From an uncultured Prevotellaceae bacterium (GTDB lineage Bacteria; Bacteroidota; Bacteroidia; Bacteroidales; UBA932), in contig CAMVFZ010000010.1 in the NCBI GenBank assembly GCA_947166905.1, forward strand, positions 1,905-65,904: a stretch of 64,000 nt of DNA, in the 5' to 3' direction. The notes beneath the pieces are model-generated. The model searched no databases, was not told the DNA's origin, and was given only the letters and a program-made list of their open reading frames with translations. Positions 19,478-29,258 of the stretch are shown here, piece after piece. The translations under genes and the position numbers were made by a program. Within the stretch, counting starts at the first letter, position 1. Every line of letters begins with the position of its first letter.

Positions 19478-20608
19478 ATGTCGCACAGAACAATAATTGC
19501 TGTCATCTCCTCCATACTATTTGCCGGGATGACGGCTCAGGCCCAGATTATCCGCTTTCTTGTTGGAACTTATACGGAAAACACTGAGGCCGAGGGCGTG
19601 TATATGTATTCATACGACACACAAACAGCTGATTGTCAATTACTTTCCGTTGCATCATCCGGTAATCCGTCTTTTGTGATTGCCTCTCCCGGCGGAAAGA
19701 TGGCATATTCCGTAAACGAGTACAATGACGGCCGTCAGGGAGTCAGCTCATATACCATTGTCGGTGACAGTATTTCCCTGTCACAACGCATACCGATGCG
19801 GAAATCAGAGGTTAACGGAGAAGATCCGTGCAATCTTCTATATACCGGAGACGCCATAATAAGCTCAAACTATTCCGGGGGAACCGTCAGCTCTTTTGCT
19901 TTAGGTAACGACGGATTCATATCCGGCCTATCCGGCTTTGCCGGCTATACGATGGAGTTCAGAAATACCATGTTTAACATTTCCCTGGGAGAAGAAACCG
20001 CAAAAATGCATTGTGCAGTACTGTCACCAGACGGAATGTTTATTTTTGTTACCAATCTGGGGAACGACTGCATTCACAGATTCTACAGGAAAAGAGACGG
20101 CTCGCCTCTTGGAAACATGGAAATAGCATGGCAGAACAAGGGCCTCTCCAAGTTCGGGCCACGACATATGGTTTTCAGCGAGGATGGCAGGTTCGCCTAT
20201 CTCCTATGTGAAAAGGGGGACAAACTGGTTGTTTTCAGTTACGCTGCCGGACAATTGAAAGTTATCCAAAAGCTGACCGCATATAAAGGAAAAGGTCACG
20301 GAAGTGCCGATATCCATCTGTCTCCGGACGGCCGGTTCCTGTACACCAGTCACCGTCTTAAAAAAGATGGCATCGCCATTTTCTCTGTAAATCAGCAGAC
20401 CGGTAAGGTCAAGGAGGCCGGCTATCAGAATACAGGCATCCATCCGAGGAACTTTGCAATTTCCCCCGACGGACGTTTCCTTCTATGCGCTTGCCGCGAC
20501 AGCAACCGCATAGAGATTTATTCGATAAATCAGGAAACAGGCCAGCTTACCCTCACGGACAAGAGCATCGACATTCCAGCTCCTGTTTGCATCTGTTTTC
20601 TTAATTAG
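19478..20608 (+). CDS. lactonase family protein (7-bladed beta-propeller, 6-phosphogluconolactonase-like)
   Basis: Signal peptide followed by repeated '...SPDG(R/M)F(L/I)Y...N' blades ('LSPDGMFIFVTN', 'FSEDGRFAYL', 'LSPDGRFLYTS', 'ISPDGRFLLCA'). Confidence 0.8.
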   Translation: MSHRTIIAVISSILFAGMTAQAQIIRFLVGTYTENTEAEGVYMYSYDTQTADCQLLSVASSGNPSFVIASPGGKMAYSVNEYNDGRQGVSSYTIVGDSISLSQRIPMRKSEVNGEDPCNLLYTGDAIISSNYSGGTVSSFALGNDGFISGLSGFAGYTMEFRNTMFNISLGEETAKMHCAVLSPDGMFIFVTNLGNDCIHRFYRKRDGSPLGNMEIAWQNKGLSKFGPRHMVFSEDGRFAYLLCEKGDKLVVFSYAAGQLKVIQKLTAYKGKGHGSADIHLSPDGRFLYTSHRLKKDGIAIFSVNQQTGKVKEAGYQNTGIHPRNFAISPDGRFLLCACRDSNRIEIYSINQETGQLTLTDKSIDIPAPVCICFLN

Positions 20609-20624
20609 GAATACGCCTTTTCCT

Positions 20625-20744
20625 CCGTCCAACTTGGGCTGATGTCCAAAATCGGCCGTCACACCCCCTTCTGGGAACCCGTAAAGTCCAAAATGATACA
20701 AAAATAGCTCAGCATCTTATAAGACACTGAGCTACAAGTATTAG
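20625..20744 (+). repeat. collapsed 'ghost' copy of the GH3 locus (5' flank + 12 nt of 5' UTR + last ~38 nt of the ORF)
   Basis: 20625-20693 matches the reverse complement of 14021-14150, minus an internal ~60 nt. 20695-20706 'gatacaaaaata' corresponds to 'gatcacaaaaata' just upstream of the GH3 ATG (13938-13950). 20706-20744 reads SSASYKTLSYKY*, against the GH3 C-terminus SSSASLKTLSYKY*. Confidence 0.85.
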
Positions 20745-20756
20745 GAAAAACCGTTA

Positions 20757-22943
20757 TTAGCCTATCTGTGCGCCGTTGACCACAGCCTCCTGAGGAGTGA
20801 TGAAGCGCATCTTGCCGTCACCCTGCTTTGCCATAAGGATCATTCCCTTTGACTCTATTCCGCGGATGGTGCGGGGCTTCAGGTTTGCAAGTATGCAAAT
20901 CTGCTTGCCAAGCATATCTTCGGGGCTGTAATACTCTGCAATGCCGGAGACGATGGTTCTCTGGTCGATACCTGTATCGATGGTAAGTTTAAGGAGCTTG
21001 TCTGTCTTGGGAACACGCTCTGCTGCAAGTACTGTAGCGGTGCGGATGTCCATACGGCCAAAGTCGTCGAACTCTACCTCTTCTTTCTGAGGCTCGATGT
21101 GAGAAGCGGCCTCTGCTGCGGCCTTGGCGGCTGCTGCAGCTGCATTTGCAGCCTTGGCGGCCTCCAGCTTGGCAATCTGTGCCTCAACAACAGCATCCTC
21201 TATCTTGGCAAAGAGCAGTCCGTTCTCTCCCAGCTTGTGGCCGGGGGCAAGGAGCTCGCTTGCGCCAAGGTTCTCCCAAGTGAGAGTGTTCTCTGCATCG
21301 GCAGGAGCGGCGGAAGAAGTGTGAAGGGCACGGGCCTCACCGGCCTTGAAGAAGTTAACAGTAGGCTGGCCCTCACCGGCACGATGGTCGAAACCGGCGT
21401 TGATGTTCACGTTAAGTATACCGCGGAGCTTTTCTGCAGAGAAAGGCAGGAAGGGCTCGAATGCAATGGCCAGGTCTGCGCAAATCTGCAGTGAAGTGTA
21501 AAGTATGGAAGCGGTACGGTCCATATCCGTCTTTGCCACCTTCCAGGGCTCTGTATCAGAAATATACTTGTTACCGATACGGGCAATGTTCATAGCCTCC
21601 TTAAGAGCCTCGCGGAAGTGGAAGGTCTCTATGTAGTTCTCAAGGGCCTTCTTGCAGGGAAGAATCTCTGCAAGTGCCTGGGCGTCAACATCTTCCGGCT
21701 TAAGATTCTGGGGAACCTGGCCACCGAAGTACTTCTGTGTAAGTACGACTGCACGGTTCACGAAGTTACCGAAGATAGCCACCAGCTCAGAGTTGTTGCG
21801 CTGCTGGAAGTCCTTCCAGGTGAAATCGTTATCCTTGGTTTCCGGAGCGTTGGCGCATAGCACGTAGCGAAGGACGTCCTCCTGACCGGGGAACTCCTCA
21901 AGGTACTCGTTAAGCCATACGGCCCAGTTGCGGGATGTAGATATCTTGTCACCTTCAAGGTTCAGGAACTCGTTGGAAGGCACATTGTCCGGGAGAATGT
22001 AGCCATCGCCATAGGCCTTCAACATTGAAGGGAACACAATGCAATGGAATACGATGTTGTCTTTGCCGATGAAGTGGACAAGACGGCTTTCGTCAGTCTT
22101 CCACCATTTCTTCCAGCTCTCAGGCAAAAGTTCCTGAGTGTTGGATACATAGCCGATAGGAGCGTCGAACCAGACATAGAGCACCTTGCCCTCTGCTCCG
22201 TCTACCGGAACGGGCACGCCCCAGTCAAGGTCGCGACTTACGGCACGGGGCTGCAGGCCACCGTCCAACCAGCTCTTGCACTGGCCGTAAACATTTGATT
22301 TCCACTCTTTATGCTGCTCCAGAATCCAGTCGCGGAGCCAGGGCTCGTACTGGTCAAGAGGCAGATACCAGTGCTTGGTCTTTACCTTTACGGGAGCGCT
22401 GCCGCTAAGGGCTGACTTGGGGTCGATAAGCTCTTCAGGGCTAAGGGTGCTGCCGCACTTTTCGCACTGGTCGCCATAGGCGTTGGGATTGCCGCACTTG
22501 GGGCAGGTACCGGTAATATAACGGTCTGCCAGGAAGGTCTTGGCCTCAGGATCAAAGAACTGCTCGCTCTCCTTGGTGATGAATTTGTCGTCGTCATAAA
22601 GCTTGCGGAAGAACTCCGATGCGTTCTTCTCATGAACCTTGGAAGAGGTCCTTGAGTAGATATCGAAGTTGATTCCAAGCCCAAGGAAACTGTTCTTGAT
22701 AATGTTGTGGTATCTGTCCACAATATCCTGGGGGGTAACACCCTCTTTGCGGGCTTTTATTGTAATAGGCACACCGTGCTCGTCGCTGCCGCAGATGAAA
22801 AGCACATCCTGGCCCTTCATCCTAAGATAGCGGACATAGATATCGGCAGGTACATAAACACCTGCAAGATGACCGATGTGTACGGGGCCGTTGGCATAAG
22901 GCAATGCGCACGTTACCAGAGTTCTTTTGAAATTTTTATCCAT
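20757..22943 (-). CDS. metG: methionine--tRNA ligase with C-terminal tRNA-binding (EMAP/Trbp111-like) domain
   Basis: '[12 protein letters not shown]' (HIGH), zinc knuckles 'CPKCG...CEKCG', KMSKS-position 'GDKISTSR', an Ala-rich linker, then '[23 protein letters not shown]'. Confidence 0.95.
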   Translation of the reverse strand: MDKNFKRTLVTCALPYANGPVHIGHLAGVYVPADIYVRYLRMKGQDVLFICGSDEHGVPITIKARKEGVTPQDIVDRYHNIIKNSFLGLGINFDIYSRTSSKVHEKNASEFFRKLYDDDKFITKESEQFFDPEAKTFLADRYITGTCPKCGNPNAYGDQCEKCGSTLSPEELIDPKSALSGSAPVKVKTKHWYLPLDQYEPWLRDWILEQHKEWKSNVYGQCKSWLDGGLQPRAVSRDLDWGVPVPVDGAEGKVLYVWFDAPIGYVSNTQELLPESWKKWWKTDESRLVHFIGKDNIVFHCIVFPSMLKAYGDGYILPDNVPSNEFLNLEGDKISTSRNWAVWLNEYLEEFPGQEDVLRYVLCANAPETKDNDFTWKDFQQRNNSELVAIFGNFVNRAVVLTQKYFGGQVPQNLKPEDVDAQALAEILPCKKALENYIETFHFREALKEAMNIARIGNKYISDTEPWKVAKTDMDRTASILYTSLQICADLAIAFEPFLPFSAEKLRGILNVNINAGFDHRAGEGQPTVNFFKAGEARALHTSSAAPADAENTLTWENLGASELLAPGHKLGENGLLFAKIEDAVVEAQIAKLEAAKAANAAAAAAKAAAEAASHIEPQKEEVEFDDFGRMDIRTATVLAAERVPKTDKLLKLTIDTGIDQRTIVSGIAEYYSPEDMLGKQICILANLKPRTIRGIESKGMILMAKQGDGKMRFITPQEAVVNGAQIG

Positions 22944-22967
22944 ACCGATTCAGTTGCGGGAGGGCTC

Positions 22968-24983
22968 TTACATCACCCTGCCCAGTTTCTCTTCGAGCTT
23001 CTTCCGAAGCCCGACATATTCCTGTATCTGCATCAGTATTTGGAGGCTTTCCTCTTCCGATGCAGTCTTTAATTTCTTGTTAAGGTTTGTAATCTCAAGG
23101 TCTACCCTCTTAAGCTGATAAACCTGGATTGCGCGGGGCACGAAGGTCACAAGCATGGTGGCCGTGGCCGTCATCGAGGCCTCGAAGCTGCGGACGGAAA
23201 GCATGTGCTTTTCGTTGATGATATCGGCTACCAGATCTGCCGCAGCGCGGTCCGGGCCGTTAAGCATGTTGCGGATGATTTCCTGCTGGGTGTAGTTCTC
23301 ATCGGCATCATACAATTCAAAATAGCTGTCATACAGCTTGCGGTAGGCCGTGTTCTCCATAGAGAAGCCATCAGCCTCAAGACAGTCGCGAATAAAATCC
23401 GCCACGGAGTACTGACCGTCCGGAGAGTAAAAGTCAGAGTCTGTCTCGAACTCCAGCAGCGAGCGGCCGCTGCGCAGCAGGAAGCTCACAAGATCCCGCT
23501 CGGAGGGCTCCAGCGTAGGGAATTCGAAGTACTGTCCAGCCTGGCGGGGAGCCTCTTCCTGAGGGCCGGCGGGGGCGTCTTCGTATTCCGGCGGGGGTAC
23601 GTCCTGAGGCCCGGGGATATCGACCTCAAGGGAGCCTGCACGCATACGTTCGCGGTCGGCGGCCTTGCGGTCATCCTCCAGCATCTTCTCCCGGGTTTTG
23701 CGTATGCGGGTAAAGAGGATTGCGGAGTCTATGTCAAATTTGTCCGCACTGGCCTGGGCGTAGACGGAGCGCTTTACAGCATCCGGAATAAGGGCTATGG
23801 TATCTGCGATGTCGTTTATCAGATTAGCCTTTTTCAGGGGGTCTCCGGCGGCCTCTCCAAGCAGAAGATCCGTCTTGAAGGCGATGAAATCCTGCTCGTT
23901 GGCGGCGATGAAGTCCTGCACCTCTTCAAGGGAATGTTTGCGGCTGTAGGAATCGGGATCATCCCCGTCCGGCAGCAGTACAACCTTAACGTTGAGGCCC
24001 TCCTTGAGTACCAGGCCGATACCCCTGATGGCAGCCTTGATACCGGCGGAGTCGCCGTCGTACATTATGGTTACATTCTCTGTAAACTTCTTGATAAGGC
24101 GGATCTGGGGCACGGTGAGCGATGTTCCGCTGGAAGCTACCACGTTAAGTATTCCCAACTGATGCATGCTAAGTACGTCCAGATAGCCTTCTACCAGGTA
24201 GCATTTGTCGCTGCGCGACATCTCGCTCTTGGCAAACCAAAGTCCGTAAAGGGAGCGGCTCTTATCGTAAATCTCTGTCTCCGGGGAGTTTACGTACTTG
24301 GCAACCGTCTTGTCACTGCGAAGCGTCCTTCCTCCAAAGGCGATCACTCGCCCGCTGACGGAGTGCACAGGAAACATCACGCGGTCGAAGAAACGGTCTG
24401 CAAGATGGCCATCGTCGTATTTGATGCAAAGGCCGGCATCCACCAGATATTCCTCTTTGTAACCCTTGGCCAAGGCCTCCTTACAAAGGGCATTTCTATC
24501 CTTAGGGGCCCATCCAAGGCCGTATTTGCGGATGGTTTCGTCTTCCAAACCACGGCTGCGGAAGTATGCCCGGCCGATAGTGCGCCCCTCTTCAGTATCC
24601 AGACTGGATACAAAGAACTTATGCGCGAACTCCGACACCAGCAGCAAGCTCTCTGAGCGCTGCCTCTTGGCTACATCTTCCGCCGATTCCTCTTTCTCTA
24701 CAACGGGTATCCCGTACTTTCTGGCAAGATACTTAAGGGCCTCTATGTAAGACAGGCTCTCATGCTCCATTACAAAGCCCACTGCTGATCCGCTCTTGCC
24801 GCAACCGAAGCATTTGTAAATGCCCTTGGAGGGAGAAACGTAAAATGACGGGGTCTTCTCGTTGTGGAACGGACAACAGGCAACAAAATTGGCGCCGCGC
24901 CTTTTTAGGGTGACGAAGTCTGAAACGACGTCCACTATCTGCGCGGCATCCAATATTTTATTTACTGTGTCCTGAGGAATCAT
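22968..24983 (-). CDS. dnaG: DNA primase
   Basis: Zinc finger 'CCPFHNEKTPSF...CFGCG', RNA-polymerase core, TOPRIM 'LVEGYLDV' / 'YDGDSAG'. 671 aa. Confidence 0.95.
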   Translation of the reverse strand: MIPQDTVNKILDAAQIVDVVSDFVTLKRRGANFVACCPFHNEKTPSFYVSPSKGIYKCFGCGKSGSAVGFVMEHESLSYIEALKYLARKYGIPVVEKEESAEDVAKRQRSESLLLVSEFAHKFFVSSLDTEEGRTIGRAYFRSRGLEDETIRKYGLGWAPKDRNALCKEALAKGYKEEYLVDAGLCIKYDDGHLADRFFDRVMFPVHSVSGRVIAFGGRTLRSDKTVAKYVNSPETEIYDKSRSLYGLWFAKSEMSRSDKCYLVEGYLDVLSMHQLGILNVVASSGTSLTVPQIRLIKKFTENVTIMYDGDSAGIKAAIRGIGLVLKEGLNVKVVLLPDGDDPDSYSRKHSLEEVQDFIAANEQDFIAFKTDLLLGEAAGDPLKKANLINDIADTIALIPDAVKRSVYAQASADKFDIDSAILFTRIRKTREKMLEDDRKAADRERMRAGSLEVDIPGPQDVPPPEYEDAPAGPQEEAPRQAGQYFEFPTLEPSERDLVSFLLRSGRSLLEFETDSDFYSPDGQYSVADFIRDCLEADGFSMENTAYRKLYDSYFELYDADENYTQQEIIRNMLNGPDRAAADLVADIINEKHMLSVRSFEASMTATATMLVTFVPRAIQVYQLKRVDLEITNLNKKLKTASEEESLQILMQIQEYVGLRKKLEEKLGRVM

Positions 24984-24989
24984 CGGCCT

Positions 24990-25649
24990 TTATTGGTCAT
25001 CTACTTTTGTGTACTCTGCGTCCTTGACATTACCAAAAGCTGTGTTTACAGAGCCCTTGATAACCTCTTTGACAGGATTCTCCCCAGTCTGGGAGAACTT
25101 TATCTCATACTCCTTCCTGGCAGCGGTAACTTTCTTGAGGGAAAGAAGCTCCGACAATCCGTAATAGATCAGGAACGCACCGGCGATAACGCTCATAACC
25201 TGCTCTGTGAAAGGGTTGAACAGGATTACGATACCTCCAGCCAATGCAAATGCGCCAAGAATGACGGGAGTATATCCCATGCCAAGCAAGCTGGCTGCTC
25301 CACCGACGACCAGCATCTGCAGGCCGCCGAAGATGATAAGACCCAGGCCTGCCACGACGATTATGGTCTTGGTGAGGATTTCCGGGAAGAAAATCAGCAG
25401 CAAGCCCAGACCGCCTACGATGCAGGCAAGAATCAGGTTAAAGGTGAACTGATTGGATTTCACCTCTTTACGGTTAATAATACTTATTGTAAGCGACACA
25501 AGACCGGCGGCAAAAATAACTGCACCGATAATCTTGACAAGGAGTTCGGTACCCCTGTTGGGCATAAACACCATAACGCCACCGACGCCGATGGCACAGA
25601 GAGCCCTGATGATAGTCCCGTAGGTTGTTTTGTATCCAAAAAGTATCAT
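24990..25649 (-). CDS. multi-pass membrane protein (DUF308/HdeD-like repeats?)
   Basis: 219 aa with six hydrophobic helices and a soluble C-terminal tail. The family assignment is tentative. Confidence 0.45.
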   Translation of the reverse strand: MILFGYKTTYGTIIRALCAIGVGGVMVFMPNRGTELLVKIIGAVIFAAGLVSLTISIINRKEVKSNQFTFNLILACIVGGLGLLLIFFPEILTKTIIVVAGLGLIIFGGLQMLVVGGAASLLGMGYTPVILGAFALAGGIVILFNPFTEQVMSVIAGAFLIYYGLSELLSLKKVTAARKEYEIKFSQTGENPVKEVIKGSVNTAFGNVKDAEYTKVDDQ

Positions 25650-25662
25650 AACTATTTAATTT

Positions 25663-26031
25663 TTAGAATGGTAGATCTTCGCCGAAGTCTGCAGCGGGAA
25701 TATCCTCTGCCGACGGAGGTGGAGGCACCGGCGCTGCCGATGCTGCCGAAGCGCCGCTCAGTCTCCAGGCGCGAAGGTCAGTGTACCATCGGCCGTTGAA
25801 TTCGCGGCTTACCGGGTTGAAGGATACCTTCAAGGTGTCCCCTACCTGGTATTTTTCAAGTTCCTTCACGCGGTCTGCGCCCCAAAGGCTCATACACAGC
25901 GTGGAAGGGAAGTTCCCGTCCTGAACCTCCAGCAGGAAGTCCTGACGGGCCCAGTCGCCTTTTGCAGAACGGCCGGACTGAACGGCAAGTTTACCGCTCA
26001 GTCGGCCTTCTATTTCAAATCCGGAGGGCAT
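25663..26031 (-). CDS. DUF3127-like protein
   Basis: 122 aa. The pattern 'GKLAVQSGRSAKGDWARQDFLLEV...FPSTLCMSLWGDRV...' is recalled from the Bacteroidetes DUF3127 family. The start overlaps the FKBP stop (TAATG). Confidence 0.55.
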   Translation of the reverse strand: MPSGFEIEGRLSGKLAVQSGRSAKGDWARQDFLLEVQDGNFPSTLCMSLWGADRVKELEKYQVGDTLKVSFNPVSREFNGRWYTDLRAWRLSGASAASAAPVPPPPSAEDIPAADFGEDLPF

Positions 26032-26849
26032 TATTTTGTCTCCTCTACGGTCTCCTCTACTACGGGCAGAACGTAAGGCTTAACTGAAACTACCTCCATG
26101 TCAAAGAGGAGAGTTCTGTTAGGCTCGATGCCCTGGCGGCCCTGCTCGCCGTAAGCGAGGTTAGCAGGAACTACGATAGAGAGGGAACCACCGTTGCCAA
26201 CAAGCTGAATAGCCTCTACCCAACCCCTGATAACGCTGTTGGGACCAACAACGAACTTGATGGGACCACGCTCAGGAGTGCTCTCGTCGAATACCTTACC
26301 ATCGGTGAAGGTGCCCTTGTAGTTAACCTCTACGGTATCGGACATCTTGATGTTGGGTTCCTCACCAAGGTTGTTGATCTTGTAAAGGAGGCCGCTTTCG
26401 GTCTTCTGATAACCCTTCTTAAGGGCTTTCTCCTGGAATGCTACGCCATCCTCATAGTTCTTAGCCTTGGTGTACTCGAACCTCTTTGCAAGATAGTCGT
26501 TGAAAAGCCTGTCAAGCTCCTTGGGAGAGATCTCGAACTGAGCCTCGAACTCGGGGGAACCGGGGTTGCCCTCTGCCTTGAGAAGGTCGTTGATACCAGC
26601 TTTGATCTTACCGAAGTTAAGGTCGTTACCAAAGTTGTAACCCTTGATGTAACCGCCGAATACGTAGCCGATAAGGTAACTTACAGAGTCTTTCTGAGCC
26701 TTTGAAGGCATGAGCTCTGAAGCCTTCTTAACAACTTCTTTCTTAACGCCAAGAGAATCTGCGCCTTCTGCGGATTTCTCGCCCTTAGGGCCGCAAGCTG
26801 CCACTGCAACGAGGGCAGCTGCAATTGCAAGGAATTTCATTGATTTCAT
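26031..26849 (-). CDS. FKBP-type peptidyl-prolyl cis-trans isomerase (Mip/FklB-like lipoprotein)
   Basis: Lipobox 'LVAVAAC'. C-terminal FKBP core 'VEVNYKGTFTDGKVFDES...GPNSVIRGWVEA...YGEQG...IEPNRTLLFDMEVV'. Confidence 0.85.
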   Translation of the reverse strand: MKSMKFLAIAAALVAVAACGPKGEKSAEGADSLGVKKEVVKKASELMPSKAQKDSVSYLIGYVFGGYIKGYNFGNDLNFGKIKAGINDLLKAEGNPGSPEFEAQFEISPKELDRLFNDYLAKRFEYTKAKNYEDGVAFQEKALKKGYQKTESGLLYKINNLGEEPNIKMSDTVEVNYKGTFTDGKVFDESTPERGPIKFVVGPNSVIRGWVEAIQLVGNGGSLSIVVPANLAYGEQGRQGIEPNRTLLFDMEVVSVKPYVLPVVEETVEETK

Positions 26850-27044
26850 AATGTCTGTTTTTTATTTTGTTTAACTTTTTTAGTCTAAGTCCATAATCGT
26901 ACAAAGATGGCAATTTTTTCTCACATTCCCCAACTTTTGCTAAAGCAAAATGAAAAAAGGATGACCGGCCCGGCTTTTTTCCAGAATTAGTATTGACATG
27001 TTGAAAATTATTCGTATATTTAAACATCAAACCATATTTTCACT

Positions 27045-29258
27045 ATGAACGAGAACCTGTCGCTCAGTGGTTTCATGAAGGAGTTCTTCGGCTATGACAC
27101 CTTCAAAGGAGACCAAGAACAAATAATACGGCACGTAGTTGCGGGCGGAAACGCCTTCGTGCTGATGCCAACGGGCGGCGGCAAGTCACTTTGCTACCAG
27201 CTGCCCGCATTGGTGCTGGACGGCACGGCCATAGTGATATCGCCCCTTATCGCCCTGATGAAAAATCAGGTGGATGCCATCAGGGGCTTCGTGGCAGGCA
27301 ACGAGGGCATAGCCCACTTCCTGAATTCTTCCCTTAACAAAGCACAGATAGCCGCTGTGCAGGAAGACCTGCTGAAAGGCCGCACCAAACTGCTTTACGT
27401 AGCTCCGGAATCCCTTACCAAAGAAGAGAACATAGCCTTCCTGAAGGAGCTAAAGATCTCTTTCTATGCGGTAGACGAGGCCCACTGTATCTCTGAATGG
27501 GGTCATGACTTCCGCCCGGAGTACAGGCGCATCAGGGCCATCGTGGATGAAATCCACCCCGCCCCCATCATCGCACTTACGGCAACCGCAACGCCCAAGG
27601 TGCAGAGCGATATCCTCAAGAATCTGGGCATACAAGATGCGAAAGTTTTCAAATCGTCCTTCAACAGACCCAATCTTTATTACGAGGTTAGGGACAAGGT
27701 AGAGCCGGAAAAGGATATCATCCGCTATATAAAACAGAACCCCGGGAAATCCGGTATCATCTATTGCCTTAGCCGCAAAAAAGTAGAAGAACTGGCCCAG
27801 CTGCTGGTCATCAACGGCATCACGGCACTTCCCTACCATGCCGGTCTGGACGCCAAGATACGTACAGAGAACCAGGACGCCTTCCTTATGGAGGAAGCCA
27901 GCGTCATTGTGGCTACCATCGCCTTTGGAATGGGTATTGACAAGCCGGACGTAAGGTTTGTCATCCACTACGACATCCCCAAGAGCATAGAAGGTTATTA
28001 TCAGGAGACCGGACGCGCCGGGCGCGATGGCCTGGAGGGCCGATGCATAACTTATTACAGCTACAAGGACATCCGCAAGCTGGAAAAATTCATGCAGGGC
28101 AAGCCGGTATCGGAGCAGGAAATCGGTCGTCAGCTGCTAATGGAAACAGTAGCTTACGCAGAATCCGGAGAATGCCGCAGAAAGCTGCTGCTCAATTACT
28201 TCGGAGAAGACTATCCGCACGACAACTGCCATAACTGCGACAACTGCGTCAATCCCAAGCCGCGCTTCGACGGACGGGATAACATGAAGCTTGTGATAGA
28301 GCTTATCCAGGCCTTGCCAGAGCACTTCAAGATGGAGCATCTGGCCGCCATACTTTCCGGCAACGCAAACGCTCTGATCAAATCCTACAAACACGATAAG
28401 CTAAAGTACTTCGGAGCCGGCAAGGAACACGGAGAAAAGTTCTGGTGCATGGTAATCCACCAGGGAATGATTCTACACCTGCTTCGCAAGGACATTGAAA
28501 GCTACGGCCTAATCTACGTGACCGATGCCGGCCAGGATTTCTACAACAACCCCTGGACCATCATGCTCACGGAAGACCGCGTTTTCTCTGAGGGTACCGC
28601 AGAAGAGGATGACGACGAGGAAACTGCAGCCGCAAACGCAGCCATGCGCGGGGGCGGCGGAGGAGGCGATCCCATGCTGCTTTCACTGCTAAAAGACCTG
28701 CGCAAAGACATGGCCCGCAAGCTCAAGCTTCAGCCTTGGGTAATCTTCACGGATCCTTCCCTGGAAGATATGTCAATCACCTACCCTATCACCATTGACG
28801 AGCTCAAAAACTGTCAGGGCGTAGGAGAAGGCAAGGCCCGCAAGTTTGGAGAGGAATTCATGAACCTCATCCGCAAGTACGTAGAGGAGAATGATATCAC
28901 CCGTCCAGACGACTTCGTAGTAAAGAGCATGGCCAGCCGCTCCGAGGGCCGCATTTACATAATCCAGTGCATAGACCGCAGAATGGACCTGGAAGATATA
29001 GCCGAGGCCCGCGGCATGGAGTTCGACGAGCTTCTGAGCGAGATTGAGAACATCGTGGAATACGGCACCAAGCTCAACCTGGATTACTACATCAAGGCCA
29101 ACATCGACGAAGACGTCATTGACGACATCTATACCTACTTCAAGGAAGAAGCAGAATCCGATTCAATTGAGGATGCCATCAAGGAACTGGGCCCGGACTA
29201 CGAAGAATTCGAAGTCCGTCTAGTCCGCCTCAAATTCCTTTGTGAGGTAGCCAATTAA
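27045..29258 (+). CDS. recQ: ATP-dependent DNA helicase RecQ
   Basis: 'MPTGGGKSLCYQLPA', 'AVDEAHCISEWGHDFRPEY', 'TIAFGMGIDKPDVRFVIH', 'YYQETGRAGRDG', a Zn/RQC region with 'CDNC', and a C-terminal HRDC-like region. Confidence 0.95.
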   Translation: MNENLSLSGFMKEFFGYDTFKGDQEQIIRHVVAGGNAFVLMPTGGGKSLCYQLPALVLDGTAIVISPLIALMKNQVDAIRGFVAGNEGIAHFLNSSLNKAQIAAVQEDLLKGRTKLLYVAPESLTKEENIAFLKELKISFYAVDEAHCISEWGHDFRPEYRRIRAIVDEIHPAPIIALTATATPKVQSDILKNLGIQDAKVFKSSFNRPNLYYEVRDKVEPEKDIIRYIKQNPGKSGIIYCLSRKKVEELAQLLVINGITALPYHAGLDAKIRTENQDAFLMEEASVIVATIAFGMGIDKPDVRFVIHYDIPKSIEGYYQETGRAGRDGLEGRCITYYSYKDIRKLEKFMQGKPVSEQEIGRQLLMETVAYAESGECRRKLLLNYFGEDYPHDNCHNCDNCVNPKPRFDGRDNMKLVIELIQALPEHFKMEHLAAILSGNANALIKSYKHDKLKYFGAGKEHGEKFWCMVIHQGMILHLLRKDIESYGLIYVTDAGQDFYNNPWTIMLTEDRVFSEGTAEEDDDEETAAANAAMRGGGGGGDPMLLSLLKDLRKDMARKLKLQPWVIFTDPSLEDMSITYPITIDELKNCQGVGEGKARKFGEEFMNLIRKYVEENDITRPDDFVVKSMASRSEGRIYIIQCIDRRMDLEDIAEARGMEFDELLSEIENIVEYGTKLNLDYYIKANIDEDVIDDIYTYFKEEAESDSIEDAIKELGPDYEEFEVRLVRLKFLCEVAN

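Noticed and set aside
14118-20657. The idea that the 33-nt inverted repeats define an actively invertible 6.5 kb segment (shufflon or phase-variation switch).
   Set aside because: No recombinase or invertase gene lies in or next to the segment. The enclosed genes are essential housekeeping genes with their own orientation-appropriate signals. The repeats are better explained as remnants of a decayed paralogue. Occasional RecA-mediated inversion cannot be excluded but is not supported by anything in the sequence.
23205-24656. A 483-aa ORF on the plus strand opposite dnaG. Similar long antisense ORFs occur at 12090-13193 (opposite GH3), 15762-16613, 24993-25799, 8893-9606, 30031-30609 and 56290-57048.
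   Set aside because: Each lies entirely inside, and antisense to, a gene with unambiguous family motifs. Their translations are low-complexity and stop-poor only because of the GC3-rich codon usage of the sense gene, and no motifs are seen.
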